Source of the DNA: Hypanus sabinus | Lineage: Eukaryota | NCBI RefSeq assembly: GCF_030144855.1 | Contig: NC_082712.1 | Coordinates: 12,028,001-12,092,000, forward strand | Direction of reading: 5' to 3' | DNA: 64,000 nucleotides | Part shown: positions 38,940 through 52,300 of the stretch, piece by piece | Layout of the letters: every line of letters starts with the position of its first letter | Position numbering within the stretch: position 1 is the first letter of the stretch | Notes under the pieces: model-generated | The model's database searches: none | What the model saw: only the letters and a program-made list of their open reading frames with translations | Told to the model about the DNA's origin: nothing | Made by a program: the position numbers and the translations under genes

Positions 38940-40699
38940 CTGTGGACAGAACGAAACGGTTAACACGAATCTAGATCATGCAATGACACCACATCCGACT
39001 CCCTCCCCCCAATTCATTTATAACCTTTGAAGGGATTTGGATCGAGAGATGACTGGGAATTCCCACAGAATAAATTTTGTCGTTGGCATCAGTGTTTGAC
39101 AACAAAACTGGAGATGAGCCCAAACATTGATTCAGTTGGAAACTTTACGGTGACATAACAACATAGGTCATGTTGTTGACAGGAAGATGGTCTTAGGCTA
39201 TAGGATAATATTGATAAACTTGTATGGAGCTTAGATTCAGACCGTAAGAGCATATGAAATAGCATCAGAGTTTTGGCATTCAGCCCATCTATTCTGCTCT
39301 GCTATCCCATCGTGGTTGATTTATTATCCCTAACAACCCCATTCTCCTGTCCTCATCCCGTCATCTTTGACACCCTTACTATTCAGGAACCCATCAATCT
39401 CTGTTTTAAGTATTCCCACAGGCATTTATGGCTGTAAATTCCACAGATTCAGCATCCTCTGGCTCAGGAAATCCCTCGGAATATCCATTCTGAAGGAAAA
39501 TCCTCTGTGAATGGCAGAGTGAATTTAATCCTGTCTGTGATTCAATTTCTAGGATACAGGTATTTGAATATCAGATTTCTTAGGATGAATCTGGAAGAGA
39601 GGGAAGTGGATACAAAAATCATAGGAGCTAAGTAAATGAAACGTGTTGGGGACAGTAACAGATCGAGGCTGTAATTTAAGGAGGAACCTGATTATCAATG
39701 ATATTAGAGACATGGAAATCATTTGAATACTTTTCAGTGTCAATATGTTTGAAGTTGATACACTAACAGTTTAAACTGGATTATTGTTGAGGGAGATGGC
39801 TGCAGAGATTCAGTCAAGAGCTAAATCTCTGAGGGATTTTGCCTCATGGACTAGTCTTGTGTAGACCAAGAGACCAGATTCACCCTGGGTTGACTGCACT
39901 ACCTGATCCCAGTGCATGTGGGATGGCTAAGAGTCGAAACTTTCCCGTATTGTTGTTTCTTCTGGGTTCCAGAGTGTCCGTTTGTGCACATCAACATTAG
40001 ATTTGTAATTAGAATGTAGAACATTCCAGCACAGTACAGGCCCTTCAGCCCTCGACGTTATGCCAACCTGTCAGCCTTCTCTAAGCTCAATCTATTATTT
40101 ATCATTTTGTTATTTACAGATACAACGGCCCACCAGGTTGCGACACCCAGAAACTCAGGGATGTAATCCCAGCCTAATCACAGGACGGTTCTCAATGAAC
40201 AATTAATCTGATAACCGGAACATCACTGGACCGTGGGAGGAAGCCAGAGCACCCGGGGAAACCGACGTGCACATGGGAAGAGCGCACATTCTTTCTAACA
40301 AAGGGCGCCAGATGTCTAACCCTTTCCTCTAGTCCTGCCGAAGGGTCTCTGCCCGAAACGTCGACTGTACTTTTTCCATAGATGCTGTCTGGCCTGAGTT
40401 ACTCCAGCATTTTGTGTGTGTCGCTTTAATTTACAGCATCTACACGTTTTCTCTTGTTTCCGGGTACGTTTAATCCGAAATGTATCTCAAAATGCTAAAT
40501 AGTCTACAAACACTTCTGCAGGAGTCACTCTTATGATGCAACGAGTATTTTCTACGGTGCTCCCACAAACAGCAAACGACAAGTATTGACTGGGTCGACT
40601 CAAGTATTTGAGCCAGTTCCCAACGTCCACCGACTGTCTGAGTGAATCGGATTTCAGTCACGTCCCGGCAAGAGCCTTCAGCATTAGTACATACGGTAC

Positions 40700-40802
40700 C
40701 TGAGTTTGTCACAGTAGAGAACGGCGCCCATCACTAAAAGGGTGAGAGTTTTCAGTCCGACTGGGATACACAACATCAGCACGGTTTCAGAAGCGCCTGT
40801 CC
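40700..40802 (-). CDS. Transmembrane exon with intramembrane lysine, copy A
   Basis: Acceptor ctcactttcacttcag|GG and donor CTCAG|gtaccg; 103 nt, phase 1-2. Encodes GTGASETVLMLCIPVGLKTLTLLVMGAVLYCDKLR, a hydrophobic stretch with a central K. Confidence 0.8.
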
Positions 40803-40991
40803 CTGAAGTGAAAGTGAGAGACGTCAATCCAGACTCAGGCAAAGGGGGAGAGACCAATAATGTGGACTGATTAAAATCAGTCGCTGTGTAGATGAATTTA
40901 TCATTCAGCAGATTTTTACTGAAGAAGCTACAGATGATAACTTGTGTGTGAATGAATAAGAAAAGGATGTTAATAAATATATAGAGAACAG

Positions 40992-41483
40992 AGTGACAAC
41001 AATCATGTTTGCTGTTGTGTGCTGGGGCAGCAGGCTGTGGGTAGCAGACACCAACAGAATCAACAAACTCATTCGTAAGGCCAGTGATATTGTGGGGGTG
41101 GAACTGGACTCTCTGACGCTGGTGTCTGAAAAGAGGATGCTGTCCAAGTTGCATGCCATCTTGGACAATGACTCACATCCACTCCATAATGTACTGGTTA
41201 TGCACAGGAGTACATTCAGCCAGAGACTCATTCCACCGAGATGTAACACTGAGCGTCATAGGAAGTCATTCCTACCGGTGGTCATCAAACTTTACAACTC
41301 CTCCCTCGGAGTGTCAGACACCCTGAGCCAATAGGCTGGTCCTGGACATATTTCCACTTGGCATAATTAACTTATTATTTAATTATTTATGGTTTTATAT
41401 TGCTATATTTCTACACTGCTCTTGGTGCGGCTATAACGAAACAAAATTGCCCTCGGGATCAATAAAGTACGTCTGTCTGTCTG
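40992..41483 (+). mobile_element. Rex1-type LINE 3' end with (CTGT)n tail
   Basis: FAVVCWGS...NKLIRKA...HPLH...RCNTERHRKSFLP..IKLYN, then AATAAAGTA and CTGT repeats. Confidence 0.85.
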
Positions 41484-44400
41484 TTTTTCTGCTCAACTCC
41501 ATTCTACTGCCATCTCCCATAAAATTTGATGTCGTTTCTAATCAAGAAGTTCTCAACCTCCACTTAAAGACCAAGATTTGACCTTCACTGTCATCTGTGG
41601 CAACAAATTCCTCAGATTCACCACCGTCTGGCTGAATAACTTCCCCCCAACTCTGTTCTAAAGGGACATTGTTCTATCCTGAGGCTGTGTCCTCCGGGTG
41701 CTCCGGTTTCCTCCCACAGTCCAAGGATGGACCGGCTCGTCGGTTAATTGGTCATTGTAAATCGTCGTGGGTTCAATAGGTGGGTTTCTGGGTGGTGTGG
41801 CTCGTTGGGTCGGAAGGGCCTGTTTCGTGCTGTATCTCTAAATGAATAAACAAATAATGAGGTGGAGAGTCCATCTTATCATACTGGGGGACCACTCCGT
41901 AGTTATAACTGTAGGATAAAAGCTGTCCTTCAGCCTGGTGGTCCGTTCATCCAGGCTGTTGTACCTTCTGCCCAGTGGGAGAGGGCCGAAGGGAGAATGT
42001 CCAGGGTGGATGGGAGGGTCTCTGATTTTGCAGTCTGTTTCACAGAGACGGTGAGAAGTGTGGACAGAATCCATGGTGGGGGGCTGGCTTCTGTCTTGAT
42101 GAAGGGGTTAACCTGTGAGGGGAGGTTCAGTCGCCTGGGACTATACTCTGTAGAGTTCAGAAGAATGAGAGGAGATCTTATAGAAAGATACAAAATTTTG
42201 AAAGGGAAAGATAAGATAGAAGCAGGAAAGTTGTTTCCCTTGGTAGGTGAGACTGGAACTAGGGGGCATTGCCTCAACATTCGGGGAGAAGATTTAGGAT
42301 GGGGATGAGGAGAAACTGTTTTTCCCAGAGAGTGGTGAATCTGTGGAATTCTCTGCCCAGGGAAGCAGTTGAGGTTTCTTCACTAAATATATTTAAGAAA
42401 CAGTTAGATAGGTTTTTACATAGTAAGGGAATTAAGGGTTTTGGGGAAAAGGTAGGTAGATGGAGCTGAGTTTACGGACAGATCAGCCATGATCTTATCG
42501 AATGGCGGGACAGGCTCAATGGGCCGGATGGCCAAATCCTGCTCCTATTTCTTATCTTCTTATGGATCAATGTGACAGGTTGAGCCCTGTAATCGTGTCC
42601 TGTCTGCCTCCTCCCCCTGACATTCTGCTGAATCGCAATCGGGATTAGGATAATTTCACCGGCTTGTGTATTGTGCAGCAGTACATTGCAATCATCATCA
42701 TCGGTATGTGCTGTGTTGTGTGATGTGGGCAATCACAGTCTCGTAACCATGATGAACACACACAAAATGCTGGAGGAACTCAGCAGGCCAGGCAGCATCT
42801 CTGGAGAAGAGTAAACAGCTGATGTTTCAGGCTGACCCCTTCATCAGGACTCACACCGTGCAGAACAGGCCCTTTCATGAGTTCTGATGCAGAGTCTCAG
42901 CACAAAACATCGACTGTTTACTCAATTCTGGTGGGAGGAATGTTTGAAATTCTGAGACTGATGTGGCTGTTGGGCTGTAGTTTATTTTGCTCTCCTTCAG
43001 TTTCTGTTTTCTTTCTTGTTGCTGATTGGAGGGTTGGGATTCTAGAGGGTTGATGTATTGTTTTTGTGTGAGGGAGGGGTTAGGGATTGGTGTCTGATGT
43101 TCCTGTTGACTGTTCTGTGTGGGTGATCTGTGTGGTGAGAGGGTGTTGGGTTTGGTGCTGTCGGCACTGTATTTTTTGAGAGGGAGGGGGTTGGGGTCTT
43201 GGGGCTTTCGATCTTCTGACGATCATCTTCCATGTGGGTGATCTGTTGGCTTTTGTGCGAGGGAGGGAGGTGGGGGGTTGAGGTTGCGAGATTTTTCTTT
43301 TTCCTTTTCGTGTGGGGGTATTGACGTCTTTTCTTGTAATGAATCCCATGGTTTATCTGGATATCAGGGTTATCTGGAGAAGATGAATATCAGAGTTGTA
43401 TTCTACATGCAAACTTTTGACAATAAAATGAACCTTTGATCCTTTCCCCATAGACGCTGCCTGACCTGCTGAGCTCCTCCAGTATCTTGTGTGTGTTGCT
43501 CTGGATTTCCAGCAACGGCAGATATTTTCCTGTTTATGACCATGATTGTTCTTGGCAATTTTTCTACAAAAGTGGTTTCCATCACCTTCTTCTGAGCAGT
43601 GTCTGTCTGGGATGGGTGACCCCAGCCATTATCAATACTCTTCAGAGATTGTCTGCCTGGTGTCAGTGGTCACATAACCAGAATTTGTGATCTGCACCAG
43701 CTGCTCATACAACCATCCACCACCTGATCCCATGGATTCACGTGACCCTGATCGGGGGCTAAGCAGGGGCTACACCTTGCCCAAGGGTAAAGTGAAGACT
43801 AGTGGAGGGAAGGAGTGACTTACACCTCCTTTGGTAAAGACGTATCTTCACCCTGACACCCCGCTATACATTGCAATACATATTAATTAAAAAACTGTAA
43901 ATTTCAATAAGAAATATATACCTACATGTATAATTTTAAATTAAATAAGTAGCACAAAAAGAGGGAAAAATAGGGAAAAAAGTGAGATGGCCCTCACTTT
44001 TCTGATTGTCCATTCAGAAATCAACAGGAAGGAAGAAGCTCTTCCTGAAACGTTGAGTGTGCATCTTCTCTGGGAAGATTCCTGATCCTCCGTTAGAACT
44101 CCACTCATTCCTCCCAGGCTCAGGCAAGGCCCCACCAGGGGGCCCGTTGAAGGTCTGGGGGCCGCCCTGTGTGAGGGACCGTCTGAGATGGAGATGTGGT
44201 GGGGAAATGAAACTCATCACCAGCAGAGGCTGGGAGTGGCCGATATAACATTCATCCCCGGAGTCTGGACACAGAATACAATGGGTGCTGGAGGTTCTGA
44301 CCCAGCCCTGAACACTGCAGAAGATGCCGAGATGGTGTGGGAGAGAGCAGAGGCCTCTGTGGATGTGCTGGAGTCCGTCGTGGGTTGGGGACAGGCCCCT

Positions 44401-44868
44401 CCCATCGGTGCTGCCTTCCTCTTTTGCTCAGTGCTGCCCCCCAGTGTTCACTTAGTGAGAGACAAGCTGGACCAGGACAATATCCAATCTACCATCCAGC
44501 TCCAATCCAGACCACTCAGGAACTTGGGCTATATTATGTCTTTTTGTGACTGTATGCTTTTCTGCCATCGTAACAATGTGTACTGTGTGCTGTTGCTACT
44601 CTGCTTTACACCTTGTCCCTGGAGGAACACTGTTTTGTTTTGCTGTACGCACGTGTGGCTGATTGACAATTAAACTTGAACTTGAATGTGGTGACGGGTT
44701 CTTTTCCGGGTCTGATCTACAGTCAGATCTCACTCGGGGACAGACAGATAAACCCGGGGGTGGAGTTGATTAGAGGAAGGATAATGGTAGCAGGCTACCC
44801 CCCACCCCACCCCCCCCCCCCCCCAAAACCCTCCCCATGCCCTGCAGAATGTGTCAATGATTTCTTAC

Positions 44869-45258
44869 CTGGTCTGACCTGCAACCGGATCTCACTCTGG
44901 AACACATGTATAAATGGAGGTGTGACGTGCTCTCTGTCGGAAGAATAATCATGCTTCATGTTCCTGAACTCAGCCAGACACAGGTAGCTGTGACTGTCCT
45001 CCACTCTCAGCTGCTTTATCCTGATCCAGGCGCTTCCCAGCTCTGGGTCCTCGACGAACTCGTACCGAGTCACTCCGTTTTCCGCTGCCCACGATCCATT
45101 TCCATGGTGCCTGAATGTGACGATGATTCGGTAGGAATCCTTCCTCATCCACGTCACCGTGTGTGCGGTGAGGCTCTGCCGAGGCCGTGTGAACACACAG
45201 GGTAACATGGCCGAAGCTCCCTCAGTTCCAGTCATCACAGAGACACTCTCATTGGGAG
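44869..45258 (-). CDS. Second Ig V-set exon (V2), copy A
   Basis: Acceptor tccttccctcag|CT and donor CCAG|gtaaga; 390 nt, phase 1-1, open. Canonical C (LPCVF), W (VTWMR) and D-x-x-x-Y-x-C (DSHSYLC) are present; ends LQVRP. Confidence 0.85.
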
Positions 45259-45547
45259 CTGAGGGAAGGACAGGTGCCAGAATAAATCGGTTAACCCTCA
45301 GCAAAAACGTTTAACACTGACAAAATTTCCAGCCAACAAAATAATAAAAACTCCCCACAGCACCCTCCTGAATGAAAACGGCCCCACATGTGTCTCACTC
45401 ATTAAAAACCATTCAAACTAGGGAAACTCTTTAGAACATAAATCAGTCCCATCGGGCAGGAGATAAAGAAGCCTAAATCTCACACCACCACGTTCAGGAA
45501 CAGCTAATTCCCTTCAGACATTCAGTTGTTGAACCAATTGACACCAT

Positions 45548-45862
45548 CACTAATCAGTGGAGTGTAACAACACCAATCAGTACAGTCTAACAACAACGAC
45601 CAGTACAGTGTAACACTGGCCATTACAGGGAAACAGCACAAATCAATACACTGCAGCAACACCAATCAGTACAGTGTAACAACACTGATCTGTACAGTGT
45701 GATATCACTAATCAGTACAGTGTGACAACACAATCACCACAATGAAACAACACCAGTCAGTATTGTTTAACAACACTAGTCACTGTACTGAAACAACACT
45801 AATCAATACAGAGTAATAATACTGATCAATACAGTATAACAACACCAGTCAGTCCTGTGTAA
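45548..45862 (+). repeat. Degenerate 23-bp minisatellite, about 14 copies
   Basis: Consensus CAACACCAATCAGTACAGTGTAA. Confidence 0.85.
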
Positions 45863-46058
45863 TGGCATTAGTCACTAACCTATTAACTTAGCTGAGGGAA
45901 TATTTTGCATTATGAGCTGTGTGTGATGTGAGACTGTAAATGTTTTCTGGGTGCACCGTGATCCAGAGAAACACTGTTACATTTTGTTGTGGAGATGTAC
46001 ACTCAGACGACAATGAACATGATCTTCATCTGTACTTCATCTTCATCTGTATCTTCAT

Positions 46059-46235
46059 CTACACTGAACCCACTCCAGTGTGATACTTACCGTACTGAAA
46101 GTGTTCAACACCCTGAGCTGGTGTGTTTGAGAAGGAATTCTACACTGAGCCCTCTCCAGTGTAATACTTACTGTACTGAAAGTGTTCTACAACCTGAGCT
46201 GGTGTGTTTGAGAAGGAATTCTACAGTGAACCCTG
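46059..46235. repeat. 81-bp tandem duplication, about 2.2 copies
   Basis: Units start at 46059, 46140 and 46221 (CTACACTGA...GAAGGAATT). Confidence 0.9.
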
Positions 46236-46299
46236 CTTTCTACAAAGATAGTGCACTGAGCTGTTTACTGTTTACCTGTGCTGCAAACTACATGCATTC

Positions 46300-48640
46300 T
46301 TAAAAAGTAGGGGTCCCAGGACAGATCCTTGTGGCACTCCACTAGTCACCGACCTCCAGGCAGAATACTTTCCTTCCACTACGACCCTCTGCTTTCTTCC
46401 TGTAAACCAATTTTTTATCCAAACAGCCAAGGTTCCATTGATTCCATGCCTCATGACTTTCTGGATGAGTCTCTCAAGGGGGACCTTGACAAATGCTTTG
46501 CTAAAATCCATGTAGACCACATCTACTGCCCTACCCTCATCAATTTCTTTTGTTACCTCTTCAAAAAACTCAGTCAGGCTGGTGAGGCACAACCTTCCCT
46601 TCACAAAGCCATGTTGACTATCCTTGAGCAGACTGGACTTCTCCAAATGCTCACAGATCCTATCCTTAAGAATCCTTTCCAATAGTTTTCAGAGCACCGA
46701 CGTAAGACTCACCAGTCTCTAGTTCACAGGATTCTCCCTATTAACATTTTTAAACAAGGGGAACTACATTTGCCATTCTCCAATCTTCCGGCACCTCCCC
46801 TGCAGCCAAAGAGGATTCAAAGATCATATCTACTGTTCCAGTGATTTCTTCTCTCACCTCCCACAGCAACCTGGGGTATATCACATCCAGTCCTGGGGAC
46901 TTATCAATTTTGATGTTTTTAAGAAGATCCAATATTTCTTCCTTAATCTCCACATTGTCCAGTGCACAGACCTGCTCTATTTCGATCTCACCCTGATCAA
47001 GGTCCTTTTCACTTGTCAATACTGAAGCAAAGTATTCATTTAGGACCTCCCCAACCTCCTGCGCCTCCAAGCACATATTGCCCTCCTTATCCTTTAGTGG
47101 CCCCACCTTTGTTCTATTCATCCTTCTGTTCTTCACATACGTGTAGAACGCCTTGGGGTTCTCCTTAATCCGACATGCCAAGGCCCTCTCACGCCCCCTT
47201 AGAGCTCTCCTAAGTCCTTTCATAAGCACCTTCCTGGCTACCCTATATTTCTCATGAGCCCCTCCTGTTTCCTGCTTCTTATATCTAACATATGCTTCCT
47301 TCTTCCTCTGGACGAGTTGCCTCACGTGTTTTGTCAGCCATGGTTCCCTTTTCCTATCATTTTAAACTTGTCTCAGCGGGACAAACCTATCCTGAACACA
47401 GCACAAGTGGTCCCTAAACTTCTCCCACATTACTTCTGTGTTTTCACCCTTGAACATCTGTTTCCAATTTACTCTCGCTAGTTCCCGCCTCATCCCTTCA
47501 TTGTTAGCCCTTCCCCAGTTAAGCACTTTCCCATTTTGTCAGTTTTTATCCTTTTCCATAGCTATGCTGAAGCTAAGGGAGTTGTGGTCAATCTCACCAA
47601 ATGCTCCCCCACCAAGAGGTCTGTCACCTGACCAGGTTCATTACCCAGAACTAGATCCAGTATGGCCTCTCCTCTCGTCGGCCAGTCCACATATTGTGTC
47701 AGGAATCCTTCTTGAACACACCTGACAAATTCAGCCCCATCTATCCCCCTTGCAGTTGGGTGATGCCAGTCAATGTGTGGGAAGTTGAAATCACCCATAA
47801 CTACAACCCTGTATTTCCTGCACCATTCTAAAATCTGCCTGCTTATCTGCTCCTCGGTGTCCCGAGGGCTATTTGGGGGCCTATAGACTACTCCCAGCAC
47901 AGCGATTGATACCTTCCTATTTCTGACTTCCAACCAGACCAACTCAGTGGACATTCCCTCTGCAGCGTCCTCCCTTTCTATAGCCATGATACTATCCCTG
48001 ACCAGTAATGCTACTCATCTCCCCCTTTCTACCTCCCATTCTGTTCCTTTTAAAACAGCTAAACCCTGGTACCTGCATTAGCCAATCCTGTCCTTCCTCC
48101 AGCCAAGTTTCAGTAATGGCCACAACATCGTAGTTCCATGTACTGATCCATGCTCGAGGTTCATCCCCTTTATTCCTAATACTCCTAGCATTGAAATAGA
48201 CACATTTCAACCCCTCTAACTATTATTCTTAAACTGTGGCCTCTAGTTCTGGACTCACCCATCAGCCAGAACATGCTTCCTGCCTCCAGCATGTCCAATC
48301 CCTTAATAATCTTATATGTCTCAATCAGATCCCCTCTCATCCTTCTAAATTCCAGTGTATACAAGCCCAGTCACTCCAATCTTTCAACATATAACAGTCC
48401 CGTCATTCCGGGAATTAACCTTGTGAACCTACGCTGCACTCCCTCAATAGCAAGAATGTCCTTCTTCAAATTTGGAGACCAAAACTGCACACAGTACTCC
48501 AGGTGGGGTCTCACCAGGGCCCTGTACAACTGCAGAAGGACCTCTTTACTCCTATACTCAATTCCTCTTGTTATAAAAGCCAGCATGTCATTAGCTTTCT
48601 TCACTGCCTGCTGTACCTGCATGCTTACTTTCATTGACTG
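46300..48640 (-). mobile_element. CR1 ORF2 (EN, linker, RT) plus an adjacent CR1 3' fragment
   Basis: YDVVAITETWL, GDFNFP, KSPGLD, VDVVYMDFSKAF, GVPQGSVLGP; RPHLEYCVQFWSP. Confidence 0.9.
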
Positions 48641-49355
48641 ATGTACAAGACACCTTGACGTTCTGTATCTGTGTACAGTCAGATGGCAATAAACTTGACC
48701 TTGATTGCTGCTTTTCTGATGCAACGCTCTGTGCCTGTGTTGCTGCGGCAACTGGATTTTCACTGCACCTGTGCAGACACGTAGGCAGACGTGCAATGAA
48801 AATCGTCCCTGCAGCAGCAAGTAAGTTCAGTTCCACTCACCTCATTACAGGAAGGATGAGGAAGCTTTCGAGAGGATGTAGAGGAGATCTACCAGGATGC
48901 TGCCTGGACCAGAGAGGATGTTTAATGAGGAAAGGTTGAGCGAGCTGGAGACTTTCTCTTGGGAGTGAAGAAAGATGAGAGGTGACTTGATAGAGGTGAA
49001 CAAGATGATAAGAGGCATAATCGAGCAGACAGCCAGAGACTTTTCCTGGAAAGTATTGGGGGGATGTCAGAGGTCAGAGGCAGGTTCATTACACACAGAG
49101 TGGAGGGTGTGTAGAACAGATGGAGTTCAACCCAGATAAGTGTGAAGTGATTCATTCTGGTAGGTCAAATTTGAATACAGAATATATGAATGGTAAGACT
49201 GGTGGCAGTGTGGAGGATGAGCTGGATCTTGGGGAGTCTGTCCATAGGACACTCAAAGCTGCTGCACAGGTTGACAGTGGTGTTAAGAAGGTGTCTGGTG
49301 TACTGGCATTCATCAGCTGTGGGATTGAGTTCAAGAGCCCTGAGGTAATCTCTCT

Positions 49356-52300
49356 TTTTCAACAAACTATACCGAAGAGATTGACAGAGGAATACTTTGG
49401 GACTCTTTTAAGGCTTTTATTCATGGACAAATTATCTCATATTCTGCTGGGAAAAGAAAACAAAGATATTTAGATATAGCTTTATTGGTGGATAAAATTA
49501 AAGAAATTGATAAGATTTATTCCGTTACTCCTACCAAGGAACTTTATAAGAAGAGAGTTGAACTGCAAATGGAACATAGCTTACTGTTATCTTCTTCAAT
49601 TGAGAATCAATTAATTAAGACCAGGGCTCAATTTTATATTCATAGTGATCGTACTGGTAAATTGTTAGCTAATCAATTAAAAGCTATTTCGACTAAGCGA
49701 CAAATTATTAAAATTTGTAAACAAGACGGTAATCTGACTACTGATCATAAAGAAATTAATAATACTTTCCAAGATTTTTATAAATCTTTATATCAATCAG
49801 AATTTGATGGTGATATGTCTATGATGGATAATTTTTTTAACAATTTGAATATTCCCAAACTGACAGATGAAGATCGAAGTTTATTTGATGCTCCTATTTC
49901 TATGGCGGAGGTAGGAGAAGCTATTTCATCGATGAATTCAGGGAAAGCTCCTGGCCCCGATGGTTATATTATAGAATTTTTTAAAACTTTTTCTTCTTTG
50001 CTTTCCCCTTGGTTATGTGAAATCTTTAATGATGCATTTATTAAGAAGAGACTACCCCAGTCTTTTTATGAAGCTACTATTTCTTTAATTCTTAAAAAAG
50101 ATAAAGATCCTACTTTATGTGCATCTTATCGCCCTATATCGTTACTAAATGTAGACTCTAAGATTCTTACAAAAATTTTAGCTGTTAGGTTAGAAAAGGT
50201 ACTATCACAGATTATTTCAGGAGATCAAACTGGTTTCATTAGGAACCGATACTCCTTTTTTAATGTTAGAAAATTGATCAATATAATTTACACTTCCTCA
50301 CCCACAACCCCAGAATGTGTTATTTCATTAGATGCTGAAAAAGCTTTTGATAGAGTTGAATGGATATACTTATTTAATGCCTTGAAACATTTTAACTTTA
50401 GTTCTAATTTTATATCATGGATTAAATTAATATATTATAAACCTGTTGCTTCTGTCCTTACGAATAATTATAGATCCTCTTTTTTTCAATTATCTCGTGG
50501 TACGAGACAAGGTTGTCCCTTAAGTCCTTTATTATTTAATATTGCATTAGAACCTTTAGCCATTGCTATTCGTGAATCCCCTAATATTTTTGGTATTACC
50601 CGTAATGAGAAATTATACAAGTTATCGCTCTATGCTGATGACTTGTTGTTATATATTTCTGATCCTGATAATTCTATTCCCGCTATTCTATCCTTGTTGG
50701 TTCAATTTGGTAGTTTTTCTGGTTACAAATTAAATTTGGATAAGAGTGAACTCTTCCCTTTAAATGCACAAACTTTACTGAATGACAGGATACCATTTAA
50801 AATTGTTACTGACAATTTTATTTATTTAGGTATAAAAATTACCAAGAAATATAAAGATTTATTCAGATTGAATTTTTTACCTATGCTTCATCAAATTCAA
50901 CAACTTACTACTAGATGGTCTCCTTTATCCTTATCATTGTTTGGTCGGATCAATGCTGTTAAAATGATGATTTTACCGAAATTTTTATATTTATTTCAAG
51001 CCTTACCAATTTTTATTCCTAAGTCTTTTTTTGATAGCATTGATTCAAAAATTTCCTCATTTGTGTGGCAAAATAAAAACCCCAGATTAAGTAAAAGACA
51101 GTTACAGAAATCTAAAAAAGATGGTGGTTTAGCTTTACCCAATTTTAGATTTTACTATTGGGCGAATAATATTCGGAATTTATTATACTGGAAATTAGAT
51201 TTAGATTTACCATTGTGCCCACAGTGGGTAAATTTAGAATGTAATGATACACAAGGATATTCTCTATTTTCTGTTCTTGGTTCTTCTCTCCCTGTTGATT
51301 TAGTTAAACTTAATAAACAGATATCTAACCCTATTGTCAAACATACATACGAATTTGGTTTCAATTTCGTAAATTTTTTACTCTAAAAAACTTCGTTCTT
51401 GATAGCCCTATCTTAATTTTTTCTTTAAACCTTCTTTAATAGATCAAGCTTTTAGCATATGGAAAAGGAAAGGTATAATATGTTTTCGTGATCTTTTTTC
51501 TGAAGGTAGTTTGATGTCTTTTGATCAACTTTCTAACAAATTTAAATTACCTAAATCTAATTTTTTTAGATATTTACAAATTAGAAACTTTTTGCATAAA
51601 GTTTTACCATCCTTTCCTAATTCAACTTTGATAGATTTTTCAGATATGATTTTTACTTTAAATCCCTGTCAGAAGAGATTAGTGGCTCTTATTTATAATA
51701 TGATTATGAAAATACAACCAGAGGTATCGGGTAGAATTAAACAGGAATGGGAAAAAGAACTTCAATACAATATTTCAACGGAAAAATGGGAAAAAATTTT
51801 ACAAATGGTTAATTCTTCTTCTATATGTGCTAAACATGCTTTAATACAATTTAAGGTTGTACATAGAGCTCATATGTCTAAAGATAAGCTTGCTCGGTTT
51901 TATTCTCATGTTAACCCTCAATGTGACAGATGTCATTTAGATGTGGCTTCATTGACCCACATGTTTTGGTCATGTCCTACTTTACATAATTATTGGAAGG
52001 ACATATTTGCTACCATTTCCTCAATTTGGAATATTGATTTACAACCTCATTTTATCACTGCAATTTTTGGTATACCAAATGAAGATGATAGTCGATTCTC
52101 CCCTTCAATTAGACGAATGATTGCCTTTGTAACATTAATGGCCAGGAGATCTATATTACAAAATTGGAAAGAAATAAATCCTCCTACCACATTTCAGTGG
52201 TTCTCTCAAACTATTTCTTGTTTAAGTTTAGAGAAAATTAGAAGTACTATTTTTGATTCATCAATTAAATTTGAAGAAACTTGGGGACCATTCATTCGAC

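Noticed and set aside
44188-44673. 161-aa plus-strand ORF inside the V2-TM intron
   Set aside because: No recognisable domain, runs into a LINE tail, and most of the segment is deleted in the paralogous block.
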